This document shows, in pieces, positions 1 to 12,548 of a DNA stretch of 64,000 nucleotides. The stretch is from Mobula hypostoma (Eukaryota), in assembly GCF_963921235.1 (NCBI RefSeq), contig NC_086101.1, positions 59,024,001 to 59,088,000 on the forward strand, given 5' to 3'. The translations under genes and the position numbers were made by a program. Positions within the stretch are counted from its first letter, which is position 1, and every line of letters begins with the position of its first letter. The notes under the pieces are model-generated. The model was not told where the DNA came from. It saw only the letters and a program-made list of their open reading frames with translations, and ran no database searches.

Positions 1-210
1 ATTGTACCATCAACACAATGGCACAGATTGTAGCTCAGGAAATCCTCCTCAGGTGGACTTGGATCAGGGAGTACATTTCACAGTGAAAATGGTGAAGGAA
101 ATGTGCAAGCTGTTAGGAATTTGACAACAATTCTGCATACCATCACACCCTCAGAGCTCAGGAATGGTCGAAAGGATGAAAAGAACAATCAAATCTAACT
201 TTGCTAAAGG
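1..210 (+). mobile_element. Retroviral-type integrase core remnant (ERV-like pol), part 1
   Basis: Manual translation from 62: DQGVHFTVKMVKEMCKLLGI*QQFCIPSHPQSSGMVERMKRTIK, matching the rve D(35)E region; internal stop; cut by a CR1 at about 213. Confidence 0.8.
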
Positions 211-212
211 TA

Positions 213-1595
213 TGACATCAGCAGTGGGTAAATTAATGGAAAGTATTCTTAGAGATGGTATATATAATTACCTGGATAGACAGAGTCTGATTACGAACAG
301 TCAACATGGATTTGTACGTGGAAGGTCATGTTTGACAATCTTATTGAATTTTTTGAAGAGGTTACTAGGAAAATTGATGAGGGTAAAGTGGTGGATGCTG
401 TCTATATGGACTTCATAAGGCCTTTGACAAGGTTCCACATGGAAGGGTAGTTAGGAAGTTTCAATCGTTAGGTATTAATATGAAAGTAGTAAAGTGGATT
501 CAACAGTGGCTGGATGGGAGATGCCAGAAAGTAGTGATGGATAACTGTTTGTCAGGTTGGAGGCCGGTGACTAGTGGTGTGCCTCAGGGATCTGTACTGG
601 GTCCAATGTTGTCTGTCATATACATTAATGATCTGGATGATGGGGTGATAAATTGGATTAGTAAGTATGCAGATGATACTAAGATAGGTGGCGTTGTGGA
701 TAATGAAGTAGGTTTTCAAAGCTTGCAGAGAGATTTGAGCCAGTTAGAAGAATGGGCTGAAAGATGGCAGATGGAGTTTAATGCTGGTTAATGTGAGGTG
801 CTACATTTTGGTAGGACTAATCAAAATAGGACATACACGGTAAATGATAGGGCAGTGAAGAATTCAGTGGAACAGAGGGATCTAGGAATAATGGTGCATA
901 GCTCCGTGAAGGTGGCAACTCATGTGGATAGGGTGGTGAAGAAGGCTTTTGGTATGCTGGCCTTTATAAATCAGAGCATTGAGTATAGGAGTTGGGATGT
1001 AATGTTAAAATTGTACAAGGCATTAGTGTGGCCAAATCTGGAGTATTGTGTGCAGTTCTGGTCACCGAATTATAGGAAAAGATTTGAACAGAATAGAGAG
1101 AGTACAGACGAGATTTACTAGAATGTTACCTGGGTTTCAGCACCTAAGTTACAGAGAAAGGTTGAACAAGTTACGTCTTTATTCTTTGGAGCATAGCAGG
1201 TTGAGGGGGGACTTGATAGAGGTATTTAAAATTATGAGGGGGACAGATAGAGTTGATGTGGATAGGCTTTTTCCATTGAGAGTACGGGAGATTCAAACAA
1301 GAGGACATGAGTTGAGAATTAAGGCGCAAAAGTTTAGGGGTAACACAAGGGGGAACTCCTTTACTCAGAGAGAGATAGCTGTGTGGAACGTGCTTCCAGT
1401 AGAAGTGGTGGAGGTAGGCTCGATTTTGTCATTAAAAAAAAAATTGGATAGGTATATGGACAGGAAAGGAATGGAGGGTTATGGGCTGAGTGCAGGTAGA
1501 TGGGACTAGGTGAGAGTAAGCATTCAGCACGGACTAGAAGGCCGAGGTGGCCTGTTTCCATGCTGTAATTGTTATATGGTTATATGGTATATGGT
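213..1595 (+). mobile_element. 5'-truncated CR1 LINE (RT and 3' UTR), frameshifted
   Basis: ORFs 164-418, 480-791, 798-1121 and 1048-1509 give QHGF..GRSC, GVPQGSVLGP, YADD and RPNLEYCVQFWSP-like motifs; (GTTATATG)n tail. Confidence 0.95.
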
Positions 1596-2030
1596 AAAGC
1601 AGAGGTACTGCCAGGAATCCTGATGAGATTGTGAGTAAACCCAAACTGCTCACTGGGCCTGAGCCCCTGTGAGTTGCTGACAGTGGAGGCAATGTGACTG
1701 CCTTATGGGATGATAATGGGTTATGGCGAACCTGGAGGTTATAGGGGTGAAATACCTAGTATATAAAAGTCTTCTGCAACCATCTTTAAATTTTGAGGGA
1801 TTGAGCAAAACAACAGTAATACATTGCTGATCAGAGAGAACCAGAGGGAGAGATCAGAATTCTCCCACAGCTGGGACACCAAGTCATGGTAAGGGAATTT
1901 TCTGAAAAGATACGGTTCGTTCTCAGGTGCATTGGACCACAGGAGGTGCTTCTGACAAATGACACTTGTTTTTGTGTACAGACCCAGCGAGAGAGCCAGT
2001 TGAAACATTGGACTCAAGTCACACCACTTA
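1596..2030 (+). mobile_element. ERV-like integrase remnant, part 2 (end of core and C-terminal domain)
   Basis: EVLPGILMRL*VNPNCSLGLSPCELLT, then GHQVMVREF..RCIGPQEVLLTNDT..KHWTQV, resembling the retroviral W-x-GPY-x-VLLT...W-x-H C-terminal domain. Confidence 0.7.
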
Positions 2031-3546
2031 ACTCACCTATTTCTCACCCTCACAGACAGAACAAGGGATCAACTCTACCCATTAACACTGTCAGTGCCCA
2101 GAATCTAAGTGATGAAGACCACAATGTTGCATCACATCTGACCGCACCTAATGGAAGTAGACCCACAGATGAAAGGAACTGAAACACAAATGAAGAAGAT
2201 AGAGAGCGGGGATGAGTCAGCGAATCATGAATAAACTTTATTCACAATTAACTATACCTTGTAATGAATTCTGTTTCTTGGAGGTAGATGATTAGTTGTA
2301 TTGATCAGTATAGTAAGATATAGAGTCATAGAGTCATAGAAAAGAACAGCACAGGAATGGACCCTATGGCCCATCTGGTTCATGCTAAAACCACTTAAAC
2401 CACCTACTCCCTTCAATCTGCACAGGGACCACAGCCCTCCATATCCATACTATCCATATACCTATCCAAACGTCTCTTAAGCTTTGAGCTGGAAGCTCAT
2501 TCCACATTCTAGCGAAGAAGTTTCCCTTCATGTTCCCCTTATACATCTCATCTTTCATTCTTAAACTGTGACCTTTGGTTGTAGTCTCACCCAACCTCAG
2601 TGGAAAAAGCCTATCTATACCCCTCATAATTTTATATACCTCTATCAAATCTCCCTCCATCTTCTTCATTTTAAAGAATACAGTTTTAACCTATTCAATC
2701 TTTCCTTATATCTCAGGTCCTCCAGACCCAGCAACATCCTTGTAAATTTTGTCTGCACTCTTTCAATCTTGTTCACATCTTTCCTGCAGGCAGGTGACCA
2801 AAACTGCACACAATACTTGATATTAGGCCTCACCAGTGTCTTATACAACTTCAACAGAACATCCCATCTTCAGTACTCAATACATTGATTTATGAAGGCC
2901 AAAGTGCCAAAAGCTCTCCCTACAACCTCATCTACCTGTGACTCAACTTTCAACAAATTATGTACTATACCTGTATTCCAAGATCCCTTTGTGCTACCAC
3001 AGTATTTCATTGTTCACAGTGTAAGACCTACCCTGGTAGGTCCTACCGAAGTGAAAAAGCCCAGTACTTATTTGCATTAAATTCCATCTGCCAGTGTTCA
3101 GCCCATTTTTCGTGCTGATTGTGATCCTTCTGTTAGCCATGATAGCCTTCCTTACTGTACAGTACACTTCCAAACTTGGTGTCAATTGCAAATTTGCTGA
3201 TCCAATTAACTACGTGGTCATCCAGATTACTGATATAGGTGACAAACAACAAAGGACCCAGCACCGATCCCTCCAACACGCCAATAGTCACAGGCCTCCA
3301 GTCAGAGAGACAACCCTCTGCTACCACTCTCTGGGTGCTCCCACAAAGCCAATGTCTAATCCAATTTTGCTACCTCATCCTGAATGCCATGCCACTGAAC
3401 ATACTTTACTAGCCTTCCACGCGGGACCTTGTCAAATGCCTTACAAAAGTCGATACAGAAAACATCTACTGCCTTGCCTTCATCCACGTTCATGGAACTT
3501 TCTCAAAAAATAAGATTGTTAGAAATGACCTACCACACACAAAGCC

Positions 3547-5457
3547 ATGCTGACTATTCTTAATCAGTCCATGTCTGTTCAAATGTATGACATGTATAGG
3601 AAGCAGGGAGTAAATAAGGTGCTTGAGGAGTATAAGAAGTGCAAGAAAATACTTAAGAAAGAAATCAGGAGGGCTAAAAGAAGACACAAGGTTGCCTTGG
3701 CAGTCAAAGTGAAGGATAATCCAAAGAGCTTTTACAGGTATATTAAGAGCAAAAGGGTTGTAAGGGATAAAATTGATCCTCTTGAAGATCAGAGTGGTTG
3801 GCTATGTGCGGAACCAAAGGAAATGGGGGAGATTTTAAATGGGTTTTTTGCGTCTGTAATTACTATGGAAACTGGCATGAAGTCTATGGAATTAAGGGAA
3901 ACAAGTAGTGAGATCATGGAAACTGTACAGATCGAAAAGGAGGAGGTCCTTGCTGTCTTGAGGAAAATTAAAGTGGATAAATCCCCGGGACCTGACAGGG
4001 TGTTCCCTCAGACCTTGGAGGAGACTGGTGTTGAAATTGCAGGGGCCCTGGCAGAAATATTTAAAATGTCGTTGTCTATAGGTGAGGTGCCGGAGGATTG
4101 GACAGTGGCTCAAGTTGTTCCGTTGTTTAAAAAAGGATCGAAAAGTAATCCGGGAAATTATAGGCCAGTAAGTTTAACGTTGGTAGTAGGTAAGTTATTG
4201 GAGGGAGTACTAAGAGACAGAATCTACAAGCATTTGGATAGACAGGGACTTATTAGGGAGAGTCAACATGGCTTTGTGTGTGGTAGGTCATGTTTGACCA
4301 ATCTATTGGAGTTTTTCGAGGAGGTTACCAGGAAAGTGGATGAAGGGAAGGCAGTGGATATTGTCTACATGGACTTCAGTAAGGCCTTTGACAAGGTCCC
4401 GCATGGGAGGTTAGTTAGGAAAATTCAGTCGCTAGGTATACATGGAGAGGTGGTAAATTGGATTAGACATTGGCTCGATGGAAGAAGCCAGAGAGTGGTG
4501 GTAGAGAATTGCTTCTCTGAGTGGAGGCCTGTGACTAGTGGTGTGCCACAGGGATCAGTGCTGGGTCCATTGTTATTTGTCATCTATATCAATGATCTGG
4601 ATGATAATGTGGTAAATTGGATCAGCAAGTTTGCTGATGATACAAAGATTGGAGGTGTAGTGGACAGTGAGGAAGGTTTTCAGAGCCTGCAGAGGGACTT
4701 GGACCAGCTGGAAAAATGGGCTGAAAAATGGCAGATGGAGTGTAAGGTTTTGCACGTTGGAAGGACAAACCAAGGTAGAACATACAGGGTTAATGGTAAG
4801 GCACTAAGGAGTGCAGTGGAACAGAGGGATCTGGGAATACAGATACAAAATTCCCTAAAAGTAGCATCACAGGTAGATAGGGTCGTAAAGAGAGCTTTTG
4901 GTACATTGGCCTTTATTAATCAAAGTATTGAGTATAAGAGCTGGAATGTTATGATGAGGTTGTATAAGGCATTGGTGAGGCCGAATCTGGAGTATTGTGT
5001 TCAGTTTTGGTCACCAAATTACAGGAAGGATATAAATAAGTTTGAAAGAGTGCAGAGAAGGTTTACAAGGATGTTGCCGGGACTTGAGAAACTCAGTTAC
5101 AGAGAAAGGGTGAATAGGTTAGGACTTTATTCCCTGGAGCGTAGAAGAATGAGGGGAGATTTGATAGAGGCATATAAAATTATGATGGGTATAGATAGAG
5201 TGAATGCAAGCAAGCTTTTTCCACTGAGGCAAGGGGAGAAAAAAACAAGAGGACATGGGTTAAGGGTGAGGGGGGAAAAGTTTAAAGGGAACATTAGGGG
5301 GGGCTTCTTCACACAGAGAGTGGTGGGAGTATGGAATGAGCTGCCAGACGAGGTGGTAAATGTGGGTTCCTTTTTAACATTTAAGAATAAATTGGACAGA
5401 TACATGGATGGGAGGTGTATGGAGGGATATGGTCCATGTGCAGGTCAGTGGGACTAG
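3547..5457 (+). CDS. CR1 ORF2 remnant, 636 aa (reverse transcriptase, no endonuclease); transposon frame, not a host gene
   Basis: KSPGPD, NYRPVSLT, QHGF, DFSKAFD, PQGSVLGP, FADD motifs; start codon is borrowed from flanking sequence; short in-frame deletion at WQME/CKVLH. Confidence 0.85.
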   Translation: MLTILNQSMSVQMYDMYRKQGVNKVLEEYKKCKKILKKEIRRAKRRHKVALAVKVKDNPKSFYRYIKSKRVVRDKIDPLEDQSGWLCAEPKEMGEILNGFFASVITMETGMKSMELRETSSEIMETVQIEKEEVLAVLRKIKVDKSPGPDRVFPQTLEETGVEIAGALAEIFKMSLSIGEVPEDWTVAQVVPLFKKGSKSNPGNYRPVSLTLVVGKLLEGVLRDRIYKHLDRQGLIRESQHGFVCGRSCLTNLLEFFEEVTRKVDEGKAVDIVYMDFSKAFDKVPHGRLVRKIQSLGIHGEVVNWIRHWLDGRSQRVVVENCFSEWRPVTSGVPQGSVLGPLLFVIYINDLDDNVVNWISKFADDTKIGGVVDSEEGFQSLQRDLDQLEKWAEKWQMECKVLHVGRTNQGRTYRVNGKALRSAVEQRDLGIQIQNSLKVASQVDRVVKRAFGTLAFINQSIEYKSWNVMMRLYKALVRPNLEYCVQFWSPNYRKDINKFERVQRRFTRMLPGLEKLSYRERVNRLGLYSLERRRMRGDLIEAYKIMMGIDRVNASKLFPLRQGEKKTRGHGLRVRGEKFKGNIRGGFFTQRVVGVWNELPDEVVNVGSFLTFKNKLDRYMDGRCMEGYGPCAGQWD

Positions 5458-5536
5458 GCAGAAAATGGTTTGGCACAGCCAAGAAGGGCCAAAAGGCCTG
5501 TTTCTGTGCTGTAGTTTCTATGGTTCTATCGTTCTA
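3581..5536 (+). mobile_element. Young 5'-truncated CR1 LINE
   Basis: Uninterrupted linker and RT frame, 3' hairpin, (GTTCTATG)n-type tail. Confidence 0.95.
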
Positions 5537-5952
5537 AATACTTATATCGCTGGTCCCTTAGAAGACCTTCCAATAACTTCCTTACATCTGATGTCAGACT
5601 CACCATTTTAATTATAATTTCCTGGTTTTTGTTTATAGCCTTTTTTAATCTTCTGGTACCTCTCTTGTCACTAAGGATGTTTTAAATATTCCTGCTTGGT
5701 CCCTGGCAATTTCTGAACTTGCCTCGCCTAGGTTTCAAGGGAACACCTTGTCAGGCCCTGGGGATTTTTCCACCCTCTGCCTCAGGGTTGCAAACACCTT
5801 CTCCTCTGTAATTGTACAGCATCCATGAAGATAATGCCACTTTACCTCACGTCTGTAGACTCTGTATCTGTTTCCCCAAGTAAATACAGATGCAAAGAAT
5901 GCACTTAAGATCACCCCCGTCTGGTTTAGCTCCACAGATAGATTACCATTCT

Positions 5953-6480
5953 AAACACAAAATACTCTGCAGATGCTGGGGTCAGAGCAACACTCACAAC
6001 ACACTGGAGGAACTCAGCAGGTCGGGCAGCATTTGTGGAAACAATCAGTCAATGTTTCAGGCCGGAACCCTTCGTCAAGACTGAAGAAGGAAGGAGCTGA
6101 GGCCCTATAAAGAAGGTGGGGGGAGGGTTGGAAGGAGAAGGCTGGTAGGTTCCAGGTGAAAAACCAATAAGGAGAAAGATAAAGGGGTGGGGGAGGGGAG
6201 GCAGGGCGGTGATAGGCAGGAAAGGTGAAGAAGGAATAGACGAAAACACAATGGATAGTAGAAGGAGGCGGAACCATGAGGGAGGTGATGGGCAGGCCTA
6301 TCCTCTACTGACATGATGTGGCTAAACTCAGATTGGAGGAGCAACACCTCATATACAGTCTAGGTAGTCTCCAGCCCCTTGTTATGAATATAGAATTCTC
6401 CAACTTCCGGTAATTCCCTCCCCCTCCCTTCCCCTATCCCTATGTTACTCTGCCCCCTCCCCCAGCTGCCTACCACCTTC
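5953..6480. mobile_element. Penelope-like fragment with internal inversion (pseudo-LTR on minus 5953-6295; ORF end on plus 6297-6480)
   Basis: Closely similar to both arms of 37822-39809; degenerate hammerhead at 6046-6083. Confidence 0.8.
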
Positions 6481-6794
6481 TACTCATAACATATCTATAG
6501 AATCCTTTAGCATTCTCCGTCACCTTGTCTGCTTGAGCAACTTCATACCTTCTTTTACATTCATACCTTATTTCATTCTTATGTGTTCTTTTGCATTTCT
6601 TGTGCTCCATTAGCACCTCATTTGTTCCTACTTACTGTTACTTGCTATGCACTTCCTTTTTTCTCTTAAACAGGCCTCTGGGGAAAATACATGTCCGAAC
6701 TAAGACGGAGACATCAAGTTCTACAACCATGATGGCAAGGCAGAATAAGGAAGAGAGAAGAAATTACATACACTGTCAGAAAGCAGCTTCATTA

Positions 6795-7660
6795 AAGCAA
6801 CACACATAAAAGTTGCTGGTGAATGCAGTGGGCCAGGCAGCATGTACAGTTGACGTTTCGGGCCGAGACCCTTCGTCAGGACTAACTGAAGGAAGAGCTA
6901 GTAAGAGATTTGAAAGTGGGGGGGGGGGGGAGATCCGAAATGAGAAGACAGGAGGGGGAGGGATGGAGCCAAGAGCTGGAAAGTTGATTGGCAAAAGGGA
7001 TACGAGAAGATCATGGAATGGGAGGCCTAGGGAGAAAGAAAGGGGGAGAGGTGAAGCCCAGAGGATGGGCAAGGAGTATAGTGAGAGGGACAGAGGGAGA
7101 AAAAGGAGACAGAGAGAAAAAGAATATATATATATGTGTATAATAATAAATAAATAAATAACAAATGGGGTATGAGGGGGAGGATGGGCATTAACGGAAG
7201 TTAGAGAAGTCAATGTTCATGCCATCAGGTTGGAGGCTACCCAGACGGAATATAAGGTGTTGTTCCTCCAACCTGAGTGTGGCTTCATCTGGACAGTAGA
7301 GAAGGCCGTGGATAAACATATCAGAATGGGAATGGGACGCTGAATTAAAATGTGTGGTCACTGGGAGATCCTGCGTTCTCTGGCGGACAGAGCGTAGGTG
7401 TTCAGCGAAACGATCTCCCAGTCTGCGCCGGGTCTCGCCAATATATAGAAGGCCGCATTGGGAGCACTGGACACAGTATATCACCCCAGCTGACTCACAG
7501 GTGAAGTGTCGCCTCACCTGGAAGGACTGTCTAGGGCCCTGAATGGTAGTGAGGGAGGAAGTGTAAGGGCATGTGTAGCACTTGTTCTGCTTACAAGGAT
7601 AAGTGCCCGGAGGGAGATCGGTGGGGAGGGATGGGGGGCGGGGGGGAACGAATGGACAAG
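6795..7660 (-). mobile_element. Penelope-like element 3' part: GIY-YIG endonuclease and pseudo-LTR
   Basis: ORF 7191-7517 HFTCESAGVIYCVQCSQCGLLYIGETRRRLGDRFAEH...LQPDGMN. Confidence 0.9.
6848..6883 (-). ncRNA. Minimal type-I hammerhead ribozyme (core intact)
   Basis: AGUC-CUGACGA-A-GGGU(CUCG)GCCC-GAAAC-GUC^AACU; one stem I mismatch. Confidence 0.8.
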
Positions 7661-9018
7661 GAATCTTCCTTACAGTTTAACTTTCTTGGATAGATTCCTG
7701 ACCGGGGTGAAGAGGATGGTATGTTGGGGAGTTATGTGAATATAGAAGTTATTAATTCAGACATGAACTAGGCTTCAGTTCTTTTTGTTCAGGAAACATG
7801 CAATTAGCCTTCAGTTTTTTTTGGCAAACTGCAAGCAAAAATTGAAGTTAAAACATAATTTCAGCTGATAGATTGCATATACAAGAGCCAAACATTATGA
7901 CAATGGGGTTGTGATAGTTGAATTGCATCAGACCAGACAACATGGCTAAATTATTTGCACCGTTTTGATTGCAAACTGGCAGACGAGACGGATGTTGCCA
8001 CTTAGCATATCAAACAAGGTCACAGTTCTGGCAATCAGTAGTTTTTTTTGTGTACTTAACCATATTTGTGTACTCAGGGACAGCCCTGACAACATTAATT
8101 TTGGTTGTTTCACTCTCTGCTATCAAAAGATTATAGATTATTTGAACTAATTAGTTTCTCCCAAAGGCTTTTGGACTTTCAGAGGTGTTTATCAATTTGC
8201 AATGTGTTTCCACTGTGAATCTCAAAGGTCCATTTGCCAGCACAGAGTATTGAGAAATTATATTGAATTGCCTACTGTTAACTTTGATCTTAAGGATATA
8301 AAAATGTGATGTACCTTTGGGTTTGTGAGCCTCTACTGGGAGTGTCTCCAGAATGATGCCTGCTCATTGTGCTGGATAAAGACTTCTATGTCACCAGCTT
8401 TAATGCTTCTCTGGTGACTTTAATCACAATCAGAACATACCCCAATACTCTTTTTTTCCAGAGATGGAAGATACCATCAAACTCAAAATTCTTCAGTATT
8501 TTCATCTCCAAAAAGATAAATGATAAAACATTTATGAAGTATGAAGTATTACACATAACTACACATTTGTGTGTATTAATGCAACTAATATAAGTGTTTA
8601 TTTAACATATTTGCTTAATATTTTAGCATGGATTAATACCTGATTTGGTGTTCTAACCCATATTAAGCTCTGAAGATAAATCTTGTGAGGATGTACATCA
8701 ATTCACATCAAATTAAAAACAATAGAACACCAAAATTCAATTCTCTCATTTAGTTACAGTATATTATGAAATTATCATTAAATATCAGGGATTGGTACTG
8801 ATGTTATCGAAAGATATTGTTGCTACTAAGAGATCAGAATCAATTTTCAGAGGTAAGAAAGCTGGAATCATTTTGAGTAACTAGGTTAGGAAATATTCAA
8901 AATCATTGTGCAGCTTTTTGCATTCAACACCGGAGACCAGTCTTCTGCAAGCAGTCAGCCCATTATAGAAAAGTAGGTCTGCTAATGCTAATCTCCTTAT
9001 TTTTCACAGTCTGCTGCA

Positions 9019-9390
9019 ACTCAGTGGACAGTAACTCTCTCAAATCTCAGTTAGAATGCTGCGGGTTCAAATCCCATTCCAGGGACTTGAGCATAAAAAC
9101 CTAAATTGCCACTTTAGTGCAGTGTGGAGGAACAGTATGTTAAATTAGCCATTGGATAAAATATTTAAACAAAGCTTCACCTGTTCTCCAACGTAATTAT
9201 AAAATACTCCAGTGCAGTGTTTCAAAAAAAAAGGTTTATCATTACTGGCCACTATTTATCCCTCATCAGACATCTGTACAAATTGGCAGATATACTTCCC
9301 ACATTGTAAACAATGAATGTGCTTCATTGATCTGGAAATATTCTAGCAAGTGAATTTCACTGAAAGTCTTATAACTAAAAACGATTTTGT
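9019..9390 (+). mobile_element. Ancient tRNA-derived SINE, DeuSINE/SacSINE1-like
   Basis: A-box-like CTCAGTGG, B box GGTTCAAATCCC, then CCAGGGACTTGAGCA and TGGCCACTATTTATCCCTCA segments typical of Deu-domain SINEs; heavily diverged. Confidence 0.6.
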
Positions 9391-12300
9391 ACCTTGTCCT
9401 TGCTTACTGCACTTCCAATGATTTGATGCACATGAAATTGATGTAGTTACTGTACATCAATTGATATACTATATATGACTGAAGTTTTAAACCACATATG
9501 CTTTTCACAAGGGCACTTGCCTTGAATGCTGGAGTAGGTCTTAATTAAGGAATTAAAGCCGAGTACAGCATTATTTCAAATGCATTTTCTGACTTTTCCC
9601 TGACTATTTACTAGCAATGCAAGTTGTCAAGCTTCATAATATATATTATCTTTTCATCTTCCCATTTCAAGTGATCATTTGAAACTTTATGTCCACAGTG
9701 TTAGACCATAAGACCATAAGATATAAAGGAGCAGAATTAGGCCATTTGGCCCATCGAGTCTGCTCTGCCATTCAACCATCGCTGAACCTTTTTCCCCCTC
9801 CTCAGCTCCACTGCCTGGCCCCATAACCTTTGATGCCACGTCCAATCAAGAAACTATCAAGCTCTGCCTTATATATACCCAACGACCTGGTTTTCACAGC
9901 TGCTCGTTGATAACCACCCTCTGGCTGAAGAAGTTTCTCCACAGCTCTGCTTTAAATGGACGCCCCTCTATCCTGAGGCTGGGGCCTCTTGTCCTGGACT
10001 TCCCCCACCATCAGAAACATCCTTTCCACATCTACTCCGTCTCGGCCTCTTAACATTTGAAAAGTTTCAATGAGATGTCCACCTCATCCTTCTAAATTCC
10101 AGTGAGTACTAGACCCAGAACCATCAAATGTTTCTCGTGTGATAACCCTTTCATTCCTGGAATCATCCTTGTGAACATCCTCTGAACATTTACAATGCCA
10201 GCACATTTCTTTCTCAAATGAGGAGTACAAAACCGTTCACAATACTCAAACTGAGGCCTCACCAGTGCCTTATAAAGCTTCAGCATCACATCCCTGCTCT
10301 TGTATTCTAGTCTTCTTGAAATGAATGCTAGTACTGCATTTGCCTTCCTCATTATTGACTTAACCTGCAAGTTAAACTTTAGGGTGTTCTGCACAAGGAC
10401 TCCCAAATCCCTTTGCATCTCAGATTTTTGGATTTTCTCCCCATTGAAAAATAGTCTGCACATTTATTTCTACGACTGAAGTGCATGAATATGCATTTTC
10501 TGACATTGTATTTCATTTGCCACTTTCTTGCCCATTCTCCCAAACTGTCAAAGTCCTTCTGCATCCTACCTGTTTCCTTAACACTACTTGCCCCTCCACC
10601 AATCTTCATATCATCTGCAAACCTGGCAACAGAACCATCCATTCCATCATCTAAATCACTTATATACACATAAAAAGAAGTGGTCCCAACACCGACTCCT
10701 GCGGAACACCACTAGTCATGGCAGCCAAACAGAAAAGGGTCTTTTTTATTCCCAATCACTGCCTCCTACCAATCATCCAATGTTCTAATCATGCCAGTAA
10801 CTTTCTTGTAATACCATGGGCTCTTAACATGGTAAGCAGCCTCATGTGTCACACCTTAGCAAAGGCCTTCTGAAAGTCCAAATATACAACATTCTCTGCA
10901 TCCATTATATCTATCTATTTGTAATCTCCTCAAAGAACTCCAGCTGATTCATTAGGCAAGATTTTCCCTTATAAAAATATGCTGACATTGTCCTATCTTG
11001 TCCTGAGTCACCAAGTACTCCATAACCTCATCCTTCACAATTGACTCCAACATCTTCCCAACCACTGAGGTCAGGCTAACTGGTCTATAATTTCCTTTCC
11101 ACTGCCTTCCTCCTTTCTTTCTCAAGGAGTGGAGTGACATTTGAAATTTTCCAGTCTTCTGGCACCATGGCCAGAGTCCAATGATTTTTGAATGCCTCCA
11201 AAATCTCTACCACTACTTCTTTCAGAACCCCAGGGTGCAGTTCATCTGGTCTGGGTGACATATGTACACTTAGGTCTTTTAGCTTTTTGAGCACCTTCTC
11301 CCTAGTAAATGCACTCACTTCTCTTCCTTCACACCCTTCAAATCTGGCACACTGCTAATGTCTTCCACAACGAAAGCTGAGACAAAATGCTCATTTAGTT
11401 CATTTGCCATCTCCTTGACCCCGTTATTACATCTCCAGCCTCATTTTCTAGTGGTCCTACATCTATTCTCATCTCTCTTTCATTTTTTACATACTTGAAA
11501 ATGCCTTTATTACCCACTTTGATTTTGTTTGCTAGCTTGCTTTCATATTTCATCTTTTTCCTCCTAATGATTCTTTTAGTTGATTTCTGTAGGTTTTTGG
11601 AAGTTTCCTAGTCCGTCCTCGATCTTCCCACTAATTTTCACTTTGTTGCATGGCGTCTCTTTTGCTTTTACATTAGCTTTGATTTTTCCTTGTCAGCCAC
11701 GATTGTACTATTTTGTCATTTGTGTATTTCTTCATTTTTGGAACACATCTATCCTGTACCTTCCTCATTTTTTCCAGAAATTCAAGTCATCATTACTCTG
11801 CTGTCATCCCTGGCAGCACATCCTTCCAAAGCACCGGCACCAGATGGTGTGAACCCCAAGGTCCGGAAGGAGTGAGTTGAGCAGCTATGTGGAGTTCTCC
11901 AGTGCATTTTCAATCTGATTCTCAGCCTGGAAAGAGTCCTGACTGTCTGAAAAAACATCATGTGTGGTCCCAGTACTCAAGAAGGTCCAACCGAAAGTCT
12001 TGACTGACTACCATCCAGTGGCCCTGACCTCAAACATCATGAAGACCCTAGACAGGCTAGTTCTGGCTCACCTCTGATACCTGGTCAGATCAGTCCTTGG
12101 TCCCTTACAGTTTGCCTGCCAGAAGCACATTGGACTGGACAATGCTGTCATCTAGCTGCTGAACAGAGCCAACTTCCATTTGGATAAGCAGGGCAGGACT
12201 GTGAAGACCATGTTTTTTGATTTTCTAAGTGCCTTCAATACCATACAGCCCCCATTGAAGGGGAAAAGCTTCATTGCAGGCTGGTACTTCCATTGTATCC

Positions 12301-12548
12301 TGGATAATCGACTACCTGACTGGCAGACCACAGTTTAAGCAGCTTCAGAGCTGTGTGTCAGACATGGTTATAAGCAGCACTGGGACCCCACAGGGGACTG
12401 TATTGGCTCCCTTCCTATTTACCTAGTACACCTCGGATATAGCACTGAGTCATGTCATTTGCAGAAATTCTCTGATGACAGAAATATTTGGTTGTATAAA
12501 GGGAGGATGGGAGGATGAATTCAGGGCCCTGGTGGAAGACTTTGTCAA

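Larger units (their letters stand above)
2320..6690 (-). mobile_element. Old CR1 LINE hosting two younger insertions (pieces about 2320-3580, 5537-5952, 6481-6690)
   Basis: Minus-strand ORFs 2385-2669, 2666-2854, 3133-3327 and 5735-5935 carry CR1 ORF2 motifs; ORF2 sequence resumes across both insertions; (GACTCTAT)n tail at 2320. Confidence 0.85.

Noticed and set aside
164-418. 84-aa ORF as a gene
   Set aside because: Chance fusion of ERV-like integrase (MVERMKRTIK) with the inserted CR1.
7700-7770. PPT and 3' LTR start of the ERV (GGGGTGAAGAGGATGGTA-TGTTGGGG)
   Set aside because: No second LTR, env or terminal CA motif could be identified in the window.
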